A stretch of 64,000 bases of DNA from a virus, in IMG/VR virus record IMGVR_UViG_3300036846_000800, positions 7,104-71,103 of that record, one strand, 5' to 3'. The notes under the pieces were generated by a model. That model saw only the letters and a program-made list of their open reading frames with translations, was not told the DNA's origin and made no database searches. Below are positions 18,901 through 27,118 of the stretch, in pieces; position 1 is the stretch's first letter, and every line of letters begins with the position of its first letter. A program made the translations under genes and the position numbers.

Positions 18901-21769
18901 CAGCAGGGGCGAGACCGGAAAGCGCGCCGCGCGCATCCGGGCCTGGGTCTTGTGTTGCAGCTGGAGCGAGACCAATGCCGTAGTTGCTCGGGTTGGCGCC
19001 GAACGGCCCACCTATGTCAGGGTCACTGGTGGGATCAGAAGTCTGTGTCTGTCCTACAGCAGCACCGGGAGGAGCCCCTGGCTCGGCAATACCGGATACT
19101 ACGCCAAGCGGCCCTTGCGTAACCTGACCCGGAGAATAGGCCGGGGTACCCTTGCTGGCGGGGGATTCAAAGCCAGGATCAACATCAGCTGCGGGCGCGG
19201 TATTATCAGTGGTGAGCGAGGCCTGATTAGGATCGCCGAGCACGCCCGTGCTTGGGTTGGTGTTCCCTGGGCCAAAATTACCGAAGTCGCCGGGGCCAGC
19301 AGGAGTACTCATGCTGGGGTTGTCTACGGCGCCAGTCCAGCTTCCAGTGCTCGGGCCACCCTTGCCGCCGGTCTGGCCTTCGGAAATCCCAAAACCCTGG
19401 GTGCCCTCGCCAATGTCACCAATGCCGGCAGACCATCCCCCCATCCCAGCTGGCCCGCCGGTGATGCCCAGCGACGGGCCGCCGATGGCACCAACCGCAC
19501 CCAAACCGAGAGCGCCACCGGGGCTCTCGCCAACACCCGTGATGCCGCCAAGCCCTGTGAGTGCAGCATTGACCCCGCCAAGGCTGCCCCAACTACCGCC
19601 AAACGCTCCTGGCCCGCCACGTCCCGCACCAATGCTGCCGTAGTTGCCGGTGTACCCAGTCGGTTCGCCACTCAACGGGTCCGTGCTGACGGTTCCAGGT
19701 GCGGCGATGCCGGGAGCGCCAGCAAGCCCAAACGTGCTTGCCCAACCAGGAGTGGCGACAGCAGGGTCACTGATATCGCCCAGGCTCGACGTCGTCACCG
19801 CAGGACCAGGACCAGCACTCGGGGGCGCACCCTTGTCCCCCTTGTCCGCAGCCTGCGTCGCCTCAAGCGAGGCTGGCGTAGCCGCCACCTCTTCTGCTGC
19901 TGGCGCGGCGCCCTTACCGCCACCCTTGCCGCCCTGGTCGTCCTGCGCCGCTGCCGGCTCATCCGCAGCCGCTGGAGCCGCCGCCGCCACACTTGTACCG
20001 GCGCTCGGCTCACCGCCGGTATCCGAAGCGGTGCTCGTGCCGCCGCCGCCACCACCTGTATCGCTGCTCGTGCTGGTGCCCGCCGTACTCGCCGCTGTGT
20101 CGCTGACGCCCCCGAAGCCGCCAAGGGCTCCCACGGCAGCAGCGCCCTGATTGCCGACGCCGGTCTCGCCCGTACCCCAGCCACCGCCGCCAGGAGCAGC
20201 GCCTAAACTGGCATTGCCAGGGGCCGCATTGGCCGCAGTCATGGCGCCCGCGAGACCACTAACCGCGCCAGTGAGCCCGGAAGCCGATAGCGAGGCACCC
20301 GGGCTGGGGCCACCACTACGGCCACCGCCGCCCTGATCGTCCTGGCCGCCAAGAGCGCCACCACCCAGAGCGCCACCACCCAGAGCGCCACCACCAGCAA
20401 CGTTACCGCCAGCAACGTTACCACCACCCAGGCCGCCACCCGAGCCGCCACCGCCGCCACCCAGGCCACCCGCCGCCGCCTCAGCCGCACCGAGGGCACC
20501 AGCGAAATTACCGAGGCCATTGGTGCCGCCGCCTCCCGCGTCACCCTCGGCGCCAAAGCTGCTGGTTCCCGGCATTCCCACGCCGAGGTCACCGCCGTAA
20601 AAGCCGCCAGACAGCGCGCCCACGCTGGCATACGCCCCATAGGCCGCCGCCTGGGCACCCGGCATGCCCATGGCGGACAGCGCCGCCGCTATGTCCCCAG
20701 GGGCGGACATAGCCCCCAAGCCCTGGGCCGCCAGACCCGCCGCATAGCCCGTATTGCCTACCGCACCCGAGATACCGGATATCCCGTAAGCCGCCGCCGA
20801 CGGATTACCGAAGTTGCCGACATCGCCCGTTGGACCACCTGGGGCACCCGGAGCCCCCGTCGTGCCCGTCGTAGAGCCAATACCACCCTGACCGAAGCCG
20901 GCCTGACCACCGGTCTGACCCTGACCCGGGCCACCTTGGCCCTCGCCAGGACCGCCCGCTGCCGCTGCTGCCGCGCCAAAGCCACCACCAAAGCAGCCGC
21001 CGCCAGTGTCACCGGCCGCCGCGCTGCAACCGCCGCCGCCACCGTCACTGCCGCCGCTATTGCCGCCACCGCCGCCGGCACCAGCACCAGTGTCGCCAAT
21101 ACCACAGCCACTGCAGCCGCCGCCGCTGCAGCTGCAGCCGCCGCAAGCACCACCGCCGCATGAATCGCCGGTGCAACCACACCCGCCACCCGCGCTGCAG
21201 CCACCGGCACCCGCGTCGCCGCCACCAGCATCGCCACCACCGCCGCCATCCTGGAGGTACTTCGGACGGCGCTGACCACGCACCTGGGTGTCGAATAGCT
21301 CTTCGATGCCATCCTGGTCCGGGCCACGACGGCGACGGCGCGGGCGAGGTAGGTCAACGACCTCGTGATTTCGCCTGCGGAAAAAGTTGGAAGGGGTATC
21401 GCCACCGTCACGTCTCTTCGGCGGCTCAATGCCCGGAAGACGCTGGTCGAAACCCTGTAACCGGCGCTGGTTCGCAAGCAGGTGATCGATGGTCTGCAGA
21501 TAAGCCGGCGGATACTGCACCAGCGGAACGAGCTGGGCATCATCCTGCTTGCGCGGCAGATCGCGATCGAAGTCGTGATCGACTATGCCGCCCTCGGCAT
21601 ACTTGGACTGCCCGGTCTGGCTCAGTCCGATGGCGATCGCCTGCTTGCGGTTGGTAACGGTGGGTCCGGTCTTCGAGCCGCTGTGGAGAGCGCCGCGCTT
21701 AAACTCGCCCATCACCTCGTGCATACCGGAGCGCTTCTGCGCCTTGGTCCGCATCGGCCCCAACGGCAT
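15902..21769 (-). CDS. giant Gly/Ala/Pro-rich virion-associated protein with N-terminal DUF6496-like domain
   Basis: 1955 aa; VMGEFKRGALHSGSKTGPTVTNRKQAIAIGLS at the N-terminus; conserved-looking C-terminal GRTDRIP...FVLPADVVSGLGQGNT. Confidence 0.7.
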   Translation of the reverse strand: MPLGPMRTKAQKRSGMHEVMGEFKRGALHSGSKTGPTVTNRKQAIAIGLSQTGQSKYAEGGIVDHDFDRDLPRKQDDAQLVPLVQYPPAYLQTIDHLLANQRRLQGFDQRLPGIEPPKRRDGGDTPSNFFRRRNHEVVDLPRPRRRRRGPDQDGIEELFDTQVRGQRRPKYLQDGGGGGDAGGGDAGAGGCSAGGGCGCTGDSCGGGACGGCSCSGGGCSGCGIGDTGAGAGGGGGNSGGSDGGGGGCSAAAGDTGGGCFGGGFGAAAAAAGGPGEGQGGPGQGQTGGQAGFGQGGIGSTTGTTGAPGAPGGPTGDVGNFGNPSAAAYGISGISGAVGNTGYAAGLAAQGLGAMSAPGDIAAALSAMGMPGAQAAAYGAYASVGALSGGFYGGDLGVGMPGTSSFGAEGDAGGGGTNGLGNFAGALGAAEAAAGGLGGGGGGSGGGLGGGNVAGGNVAGGGALGGGALGGGALGGQDDQGGGGRSGGPSPGASLSASGLTGAVSGLAGAMTAANAAPGNASLGAAPGGGGWGTGETGVGNQGAAAVGALGGFGGVSDTAASTAGTSTSSDTGGGGGGTSTASDTGGEPSAGTSVAAAAPAAADEPAAAQDDQGGKGGGKGAAPAAEEVAATPASLEATQAADKGDKGAPPSAGPGPAVTTSSLGDISDPAVATPGWASTFGLAGAPGIAAPGTVSTDPLSGEPTGYTGNYGSIGAGRGGPGAFGGSWGSLGGVNAALTGLGGITGVGESPGGALGLGAVGAIGGPSLGITGGPAGMGGWSAGIGDIGEGTQGFGISEGQTGGKGGPSTGSWTGAVDNPSMSTPAGPGDFGNFGPGNTNPSTGVLGDPNQASLTTDNTAPAADVDPGFESPASKGTPAYSPGQVTQGPLGVVSGIAEPGAPPGAAVGQTQTSDPTSDPDIGGPFGANPSNYGIGLAPAATQDPGPDARGALSGLAPAANAITGAIESLGYTGVAHGAPALAAPAVSLDPYVGMTHDEPVVDPTVPVSPAVPLAPVAPPTFTPAPSPFDIGPAPSFNTPTPGEANLGGGLVGSAQAANYGVVGGNMGLAGLTGAPSAAEAVGAGFDALADAPAPSQGLTNALTAAAQNMAAPGLAAPGQIGGTMSGFEGPTPGAVTSFAADPSYGFSPGAFTGQPSLGYESTQGKGDRGATQAAATHAGLGDPSYGNMAAPSAVTGMVGPGMTGFEGVTPGAQTSFTGGKGDPAGFAPGAFTGMSNVGQTTQGPTAAQSVANSFDALAGSPNAQVGAAFDALTSPNQTVSNAFTALGEKGQPATQQDMENLAAAHANPMATPSYAVPSVAQDTLTAADRSIAAPASMSPNQTVSQAFADLPSPDFESMDLSNPTPSPNQTVSQAFEDLTTSPNQTVSNAFDDLTSPNQTVSNAFTDLSPAPTAEPTAAPSYVTGFTGGKSTTGGLPGGWESTLGAQTEALTDFPSPAPTTVTQAPQTLANPYGLAQPGQLGPALDVFGPALAQPGDPIGGFPGIQGRSGVPATPSNLADKGDRATAPYGVSPGRGDPAAGPHGQVGPSIAGLGPHGSIAAPAAFTDQPDNPQQGFTGVPSFTGIQGVPAATPAQTAQTAPATPGVGGEAAPVGGAPAPGSGEPATGSPAGPTAQAGTPETEAPETEAPTPGGRTGGRTGAAPGLVGPGVSPGGLGGRTGASQSVSEMGGETERMVAQNPGQAAGAMQSDPRIAAGLTNAGFNDQQLGQMFGEIGFSRKEQNPAPAQDDSKTLTLQQPQPSFGMAEGGYVTEPGYYAVGGLKSFGPAQMRSMASQAHYSGANIRPAINPPGVHLINSSVAGRTDRIPMRTAPGSFVLPADVVSGLGQGNTNAGAKLWGQAISHSIGPMGIQNAMRSRAVRAPTAQISRGVTKGFAQGGDTDDLVPIVTAGGECLVDPEFVRELGQGDPELGKKTLSNSVLMVRKHVISHLQKLPRPVQ

Positions 21770-21808
21770 CTAACCCTCCAGCTTCGCTAACAGCGCCTCC
21801 TGGGTTGA

Positions 21809-22081
21809 TCACTCCCCGACCTGTTCAGTGGCATCCGCCGCAGGCTCCCGCTGTGCTTCCAGCTGCTGCAAGAGCTTGATCAACGCACGTCTGTTTTGAT
21901 AGGAGACAAAGTCGCGATTGACGAGGCTGGCACCCAGCCGCAGCGCATCGATGCGGGCAATCTCCGCCTTGGCCGACGCGATCAGCTTCGGATCGGGTGC
22001 AGGCATTTCCACTCTCACTGATTCGCCAAGGATATCACGGCGGTAGACCTGCGTCAGATAGCGACTCAGCTCCTCATGCAT
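21809..22081 (-). CDS. hypothetical protein
   Basis: 90 aa, overlaps the upstream ORF stop. Confidence 0.5.
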   Translation of the reverse strand: MHEELSRYLTQVYRRDILGESVRVEMPAPDPKLIASAKAEIARIDALRLGASLVNRDFVSYQNRRALIKLLQQLEAQREPAADATEQVGE

Positions 22082-22466
22082 CGTAGCCCTCTTCCCACGG
22101 TAACGGGTGTGCGCGAGGCGGCGTGAGCTGGTCGGTCGGCTTCTCCATCAGCACCAGCCCGCCCTGCTCGATCCAATAGTGCGGCTCAACCGAGAGCAGG
22201 ATGTGATGCCGGGACGCTGGCACCGGATTCCAGCCCGCCTTGATCATCGCCACGATGTTCTGCATGTCAGGCTCGTCTTGGGTGATGAAAATCCGCTTCC
22301 ACTGGTAGGTCATGCCAGACGGCGGCTTGAACGGCAGATCGAGGAAGGGCATGGCAACCCGCTCCTTCACCACCGTGGGCGCGGCAACCGCTGCAGCTCC
22401 GGTTGCCCCGGCCGCCACCGTCACTCCGAACATCTTCAGGATTGAACGTCTGGATGCATCCATCAT
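22074..22466 (-). CDS. Tat-signal protein paralogous to the head-module protein at 37409-37996
   Basis: SRRSILKMFG plus hydrophobic stretch; YQWKR...GWNPVP...LVLMEKP. Confidence 0.65.
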   Translation of the reverse strand: MMDASRRSILKMFGVTVAAGATGAAAVAAPTVVKERVAMPFLDLPFKPPSGMTYQWKRIFITQDEPDMQNIVAMIKAGWNPVPASRHHILLSVEPHYWIEQGGLVLMEKPTDQLTPPRAHPLPWEEGYDA

Positions 22467-22642
22467 CGGCTGAACTTTCCATCAAAAGCCGTATGCAGAC
22501 GCTGAATCGCCTGCACCGTCAGCAGTATGTGCTGATTGAACTGGTCAACCCACGGCATTCCATAGCGATCGATCTGCTGCGCGAGGTCCTCGTGCGAGAG
22601 CTGCTGCTGTCCTGGTTGCGTTTTGAACTGCGGGTCCAGCAT
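22463..22642 (-). CDS. hypothetical protein
   Basis: MLDPQ start coupled to the upstream stop. Confidence 0.45.
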   Translation of the reverse strand: MLDPQFKTQPGQQQLSHEDLAQQIDRYGMPWVDQFNQHILLTVQAIQRLHTAFDGKFSR

Positions 22643-22902
22643 CACCCCACCACCTTCCACTTGGTCCCGTCGTAAAACGCCAACACCGTGTTGGTGCCAC
22701 CACCCACGGTAATCGCCGATCCCCAGGTGTTCACTGTGCTATCAGTCATGCAGACGATCGTCCCCTTCCCAATCCTCGTAGGCAGGTCCGCAAAGGTCAC
22801 CGGGGTCAAGTTGTAGCCGGTCGACTGATCGATGTGCTCCGCCAACGCAAAGACACTTTGCGCCATCAGCAGCTGGGTCTGGGCAAGAACATCAGCTCTC
22901 AT
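22642..22902 (-). CDS. small virion protein (fibre-tip-like VLAFYDGTKWKVVG)
   Basis: 86 aa, directly downstream of the nozzle gene. Confidence 0.5.
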   Translation of the reverse strand: MRADVLAQTQLLMAQSVFALAEHIDQSTGYNLTPVTFADLPTRIGKGTIVCMTDSTVNTWGSAITVGGGTNTVLAFYDGTKWKVVG

Positions 22903-22912
22903 AATCTTCGCC

Positions 22913-25708
22913 TCATGGCCTTCGTCCTGCTGGCTTGACCCGGAAGGTCGTCACCCCGAGCCGGGCGGAAAACCCCATGACCGGCTCCCACTCATAGCGT
23001 TGTGCCACATACTTCGTGCGTACCCGAGGCGCAAAGTACTGCGTCCCAGGCGTCATCGACCATGGCCCGTAGTAGTGCTCAGGTCCCTGCGCATAGTTCT
23101 TGGCCTTGAGCTTGATCTTAACCCCGCCATTCTTGCCAAACCACTTCAGGTCCGGCTCAACATGGTCGATCGATAGCATCACACTTCCGTCTCCCAGCTC
23201 GGTGTATCCGGTCTCGGCAAACACACCTCGCATCGGCTGATCGTCAGCGTCAAAGCCCACTTCATGCTGCTGAATGAGATTACTCTTGTCAGCACCAAGG
23301 GGCGTGCCCCAGATGCTGTTATCGATCCAGGCCGATCGCCACAGCTCACCACTGTCCCACGCTGGTCCTGGCTCCAAGAAGTTGATCTTTACATAACGCG
23401 TATTCTCGTTCTGGGTCAGCACCCCGGTCGTCGGCTGGTAATCCAATGGCATGTTGCCGAAAACAAGCTGTGCACCCCAGATGACGAGACGATTTGGCGG
23501 TACCCCAAGATAGCTTAGCGCGATGCCATTGGTGAGATTGATGTAGAGGTCCAGCGACGGCGCATTATCACTGGTGAACGTCATCACATAGCGGCGCCAG
23601 CCATTAGCCGATCCTAGCCCCAGAGTGTCGGTCAGCACGCTCGCACCGAGCAAGGAAAACCTGGGAGATGTCACACCGGACGTGACCACCGCACCACTAC
23701 TCACGTTGAAAGTAGCAAATACACTTCCAACTTCCGTAACAGCGCGAAGAGTTAGATTCCTGGTCGAGCTGCTATGAGCGTACACCGAATAAGTGAACGT
23801 GATCGGCAGGCCAGCTTTATCTATCCTTTGAAAGATCGAGTGCGGACCGTTGACCGGCAACTCCACCAGATCGAAAGCCGTATCGGTCAGGTCCGGCGCA
23901 AAGGGGATTGTCACGTCCTTGCGAATGCCCTGCACATCGGCATTAAGCCAGCTGATCGGCGGCAGTCCCGAGTCATCGAACCAGCCAATGTTCACATACT
24001 GCGGCTCGTAAACATAAACCGGTGTGAAGATAACGACCTTCTGCGCAGCAGCCCCGTCCTTCATCCAGTTGAGGTTGGAAAACAACTGCGAGAACTCCAG
24101 CAGGTTTCCAGACTCACCCACCAAGGTGCGCTGTGAAGGAAAATAAAACGCCATCTCATTGGTCGATGAGTTGGGCGCAGCAAAACACTTGTGGATGTTG
24201 ACCTTGTCGATGTCCTCAAAAATATAGTCCCACACCGTACACGGCAGCGGCTGAACACCGGTGTCACCAACTTGCCAGAAGTTCTTTTCACCCTGCCAAA
24301 CCGTCACCCGCCCCATCGTGTTTATCGCATTCGGTGCCACCAACCCACAGCCGGTGCCCATGATCGTAAAGCCGTAGATCAGCGGCGGACCGATATAGCT
24401 CATGCCCCACAGATCAGTGTCGGTCACGATAAAGGTAATCTGCGGCGCCTGGATCGCGCCCATGATGCGCGAGCCGCGCGAGAGCCTGAAACTTCCAGCC
24501 TGATTGCTGACTGTTGCTAAGTATTCATCGAACGATCCTGCATCGGACCATCGGAGCAGCAGCGGATCGATAACACCGGAGCCCATGATCGGCTCGGTGC
24601 CCCAGAGCACGACCTGTGCCTGCGGCATGGCGACAAACATGCCGTTGCTATTCTGCGGCGCCGTCGCTGGAGAGCCGGCACCGACAGGCGTCAGAAACGG
24701 CCCGTTCTCGATCGGCGGATGGTACACCTCCAGCGGCCCACCCGTTCTCAGCACCAATCCATCCTCACCAAGATTGGTCAAAAACCAACTGTGCGTCTGC
24801 GGATTACCCAAAGGCTCCTGGAGCGCGAGCCCAATCACCGTACCAACCGAGGTCGTGAACAGCCCGCCGGTCGGATGATCAGCCGAGCACCCGACATACA
24901 CTTGCTGCGCAGCAGTACCCCCACCATTGCCCGTCCCCAGAGTACCCATCTGGAACGTGAAATGATCCGCATCCACCACAGTGTCCACTGTGATCCCTGT
25001 CTCAGCCGGCGCCGTGAAGTTCACGATCTCCCAGGTACCAGAAGCACCCGCCCTCACCTTCGTGGCTTGCGCAAACTTAATCTGAGAGCCAGGACTAAAC
25101 CCATGCGCCTTCCAGGTTACCGTCATCACGTTGACGATGTTGTTATCCAACAAAGGAAGCCCGTAGGTACCGGTCTCGGTCACCAGCGCGGGAGCCATTA
25201 TATCGAAAGTGAATCCCGTCCCAGGGATCACGTCCTTGACGGTGAAAAATGTGCTCGCGAGAATCGTTCTTCCACCAATCGAGATCGGCAGCTCCAGCAG
25301 AAAAGTCCCGCCCACAGTCGCAATAGCCGTGGTGTTTACCGTAACTGTTGTAGAACCGCTGGTGACGCTGAACGTCGTCTCGTTGCCGGTGGGGCCAATC
25401 TCCAGGATATAACCGCCATTCAGAGCAACTTGTCGACCAAGACCGTATTGCGCATCCTGAACAACAATGCCGACACCGAAATCACCGCCAACCAAAAGAT
25501 TTTTGTAATTCTCAAGATCGGTCCATGCATGCATCTTGCGAATGACCGCAGCAAACGGCGCGTGAGTCATCCGCTTCCAGCCACCCATCTTCTCCAGCAG
25601 ACCATTGCGCCAGCGCACCAGATTGCCCGCATACCAGGACCCCTGGGCCTGAACCTGGGTGGCCTGCGATTGAAAGCCGGGCTGTGCCGCAGGCTTAACC
25701 AATGGCAT
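22913..25708 (-). CDS. tail nozzle / DNA stabilisation protein (P22 gp10-like) with inserted beta-sandwich domain
   Basis: 931 aa; W...NLVRWRNG..EKMGGW, LLRWSD...NQAGSFRLSRGSRI, GCGL, LPCTVWDYIF; position after the adaptor. Confidence 0.7.
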   Translation of the reverse strand: MPLVKPAAQPGFQSQATQVQAQGSWYAGNLVRWRNGLLEKMGGWKRMTHAPFAAVIRKMHAWTDLENYKNLLVGGDFGVGIVVQDAQYGLGRQVALNGGYILEIGPTGNETTFSVTSGSTTVTVNTTAIATVGGTFLLELPISIGGRTILASTFFTVKDVIPGTGFTFDIMAPALVTETGTYGLPLLDNNIVNVMTVTWKAHGFSPGSQIKFAQATKVRAGASGTWEIVNFTAPAETGITVDTVVDADHFTFQMGTLGTGNGGGTAAQQVYVGCSADHPTGGLFTTSVGTVIGLALQEPLGNPQTHSWFLTNLGEDGLVLRTGGPLEVYHPPIENGPFLTPVGAGSPATAPQNSNGMFVAMPQAQVVLWGTEPIMGSGVIDPLLLRWSDAGSFDEYLATVSNQAGSFRLSRGSRIMGAIQAPQITFIVTDTDLWGMSYIGPPLIYGFTIMGTGCGLVAPNAINTMGRVTVWQGEKNFWQVGDTGVQPLPCTVWDYIFEDIDKVNIHKCFAAPNSSTNEMAFYFPSQRTLVGESGNLLEFSQLFSNLNWMKDGAAAQKVVIFTPVYVYEPQYVNIGWFDDSGLPPISWLNADVQGIRKDVTIPFAPDLTDTAFDLVELPVNGPHSIFQRIDKAGLPITFTYSVYAHSSSTRNLTLRAVTEVGSVFATFNVSSGAVVTSGVTSPRFSLLGASVLTDTLGLGSANGWRRYVMTFTSDNAPSLDLYINLTNGIALSYLGVPPNRLVIWGAQLVFGNMPLDYQPTTGVLTQNENTRYVKINFLEPGPAWDSGELWRSAWIDNSIWGTPLGADKSNLIQQHEVGFDADDQPMRGVFAETGYTELGDGSVMLSIDHVEPDLKWFGKNGGVKIKLKAKNYAQGPEHYYGPWSMTPGTQYFAPRVRTKYVAQRYEWEPVMGFSARLGVTTFRVKPAGRRP

Positions 25709-26436
25709 CAGGGCGCCCTCGCCTGGGCAGCAGCGGGCGCTGCTTCACCGCGCATGCTCATCACCTCGGCCATGATCGCGTTACGCAAATAAGTGTACTG
25801 CGTTTCCCAGCTCATGGCCCTGGTCGGATCGTCAGCCTGCGCACCAAAATCACGCTGATAGCCAGTGCCGAACACCATGCAAGCGCAGATGAAGAGTTCA
25901 GGATAATGCACACTCAGGAACGTCTCCCGATTGGTGGAAGAGAGAATTTCCGGCCGGACAACCCCCAGGAACTCCGCTGGATAAGCACGGTCCGGCGTCG
26001 GCATGAAACGCACAGTATAAGACAACGGCCCTTGCGTTCCTGGCACCGGCGGTGGCGGCGGTATCGACCCGATGATCGCGTACTTCTGCGGAACACCCGG
26101 CCGCAGCGAGGCATTGGGCCAGAACATATCCAGCGCCTCGGGCGATATTCTTTCCAGCGGATGCCGCCTGCTGTTGAGAGTGACAGGACCGGCCGGCGTG
26201 AAGACATCGATCGACCGCAGCACCAGCACATTCACCGGGACAAATATCTCCCGATTGCGCGCAACCAGCGTCGTCGCTTGTGACGTGGTCGTTACCAGGA
26301 AAGCCAGCTCGCGGTAAATCCTGCCGTCGGCATAGGCGAACATGGTCGGAAGGATGCGCGTGAAGTTGCTGTCCTCGCTGTTCTGCGGAACCTCCAGCAT
26401 GGTCGCGAGCGTGGCAACAACCTGATCATATTCCAT
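25708..26436 (-). CDS. head-tail adaptor / tail tubular protein
   Basis: 242 aa; FAYADGRIYREL, GVPQKYA, PTPDRAY, TFLSVHYPELF pattern of podoviral adaptors. Confidence 0.65.
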   Translation of the reverse strand: MEYDQVVATLATMLEVPQNSEDSNFTRILPTMFAYADGRIYRELAFLVTTTSQATTLVARNREIFVPVNVLVLRSIDVFTPAGPVTLNSRRHPLERISPEALDMFWPNASLRPGVPQKYAIIGSIPPPPPVPGTQGPLSYTVRFMPTPDRAYPAEFLGVVRPEILSSTNRETFLSVHYPELFICACMVFGTGYQRDFGAQADDPTRAMSWETQYTYLRNAIMAEVMSMRGEAAPAAAQARAP

Positions 26437-26440
26437 TGTT

Positions 26441-26779
26441 TTAATCCACGTTCACCCCACGGACGTGCGTCCATAAAGTCTTGGTGTTGCCCAGCGTGGT
26501 AAAAACCTCTGCCCGCACGACATACGTCACGTCGGGCAGCAGTCCACCAATGCGCTGGATGGTTGCCGTCTTTAGCTGGTTGGAACTGTCGAATGGCACC
26601 ACCACCATCGAGGTACCCTCCAGACGGGCGGCCGGCGTCGGATCAGCACCGTCAACAACCGTCATCGTCCAGATCGATGACGTCAGCTCCTCTGTGGCGT
26701 CAAGATCATTGACGAAATCGAGCCCAAAGGATTCAGACTCGACCTGCTCCTGAGGTGAGAAGTCCCGTCCGAGATACAA
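26441..26779 (-). CDS. fibre-tail adaptor-like protein
   Basis: 112 aa; ESESFGLDFVNDL...W...GG...VTYVV...TTLG. Confidence 0.55.
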   Translation of the reverse strand: MYLGRDFSPQEQVESESFGLDFVNDLDATEELTSSIWTMTVVDGADPTPAARLEGTSMVVVPFDSSNQLKTATIQRIGGLLPDVTYVVRAEVFTTLGNTKTLWTHVRGVNVD

Positions 26780-26810
26780 CGCCGCCTCCTATGTCTCACG
26801 CTCACTCACC

Positions 26811-27116
26811 CTACCTGATTCTTCGGACCTCATTCTTGAGGAACTGATCGGGCTGCGACAGCGCCCTGATGCTCATGGGAATGTAAAACACATCGTCATC
26901 GATGAATAAATCTGCCGTGACTTCGATCGTGATGGGCGGCACCGAAAAAATCACGTCATCATCGATGAACATCTCCGCCAGCTCTAGTGTGAACAGTGGG
27001 ATGATGGTGCCGCTGCTGTCGGCAGCCAGATCGCGATCCAGCCATGACGTCATCGACATGCCGCTGTCGTCCAGCCAGCCGGTGATGAAGTACTGCGGTT
27101 CGTAGATGCTGAACAT
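26811..27116 (-). CDS. acidic hypothetical virion protein
   Basis: 101 aa; duplicated FIDDDV.F/Y unit. Confidence 0.5.
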   Translation of the reverse strand: MFSIYEPQYFITGWLDDSGMSMTSWLDRDLAADSSGTIIPLFTLELAEMFIDDDVIFSVPPITIEVTADLFIDDDVFYIPMSIRALSQPDQFLKNEVRRIR

Positions 27117-27118
27117 GG

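Noticed and set aside
15932-21657. Multiple long plus-strand ORFs (321, 292, 472 aa and others)
   Set aside because: Antisense to the 1955-aa low-complexity gene; Arg/Ala-rich translations typical of shadows.
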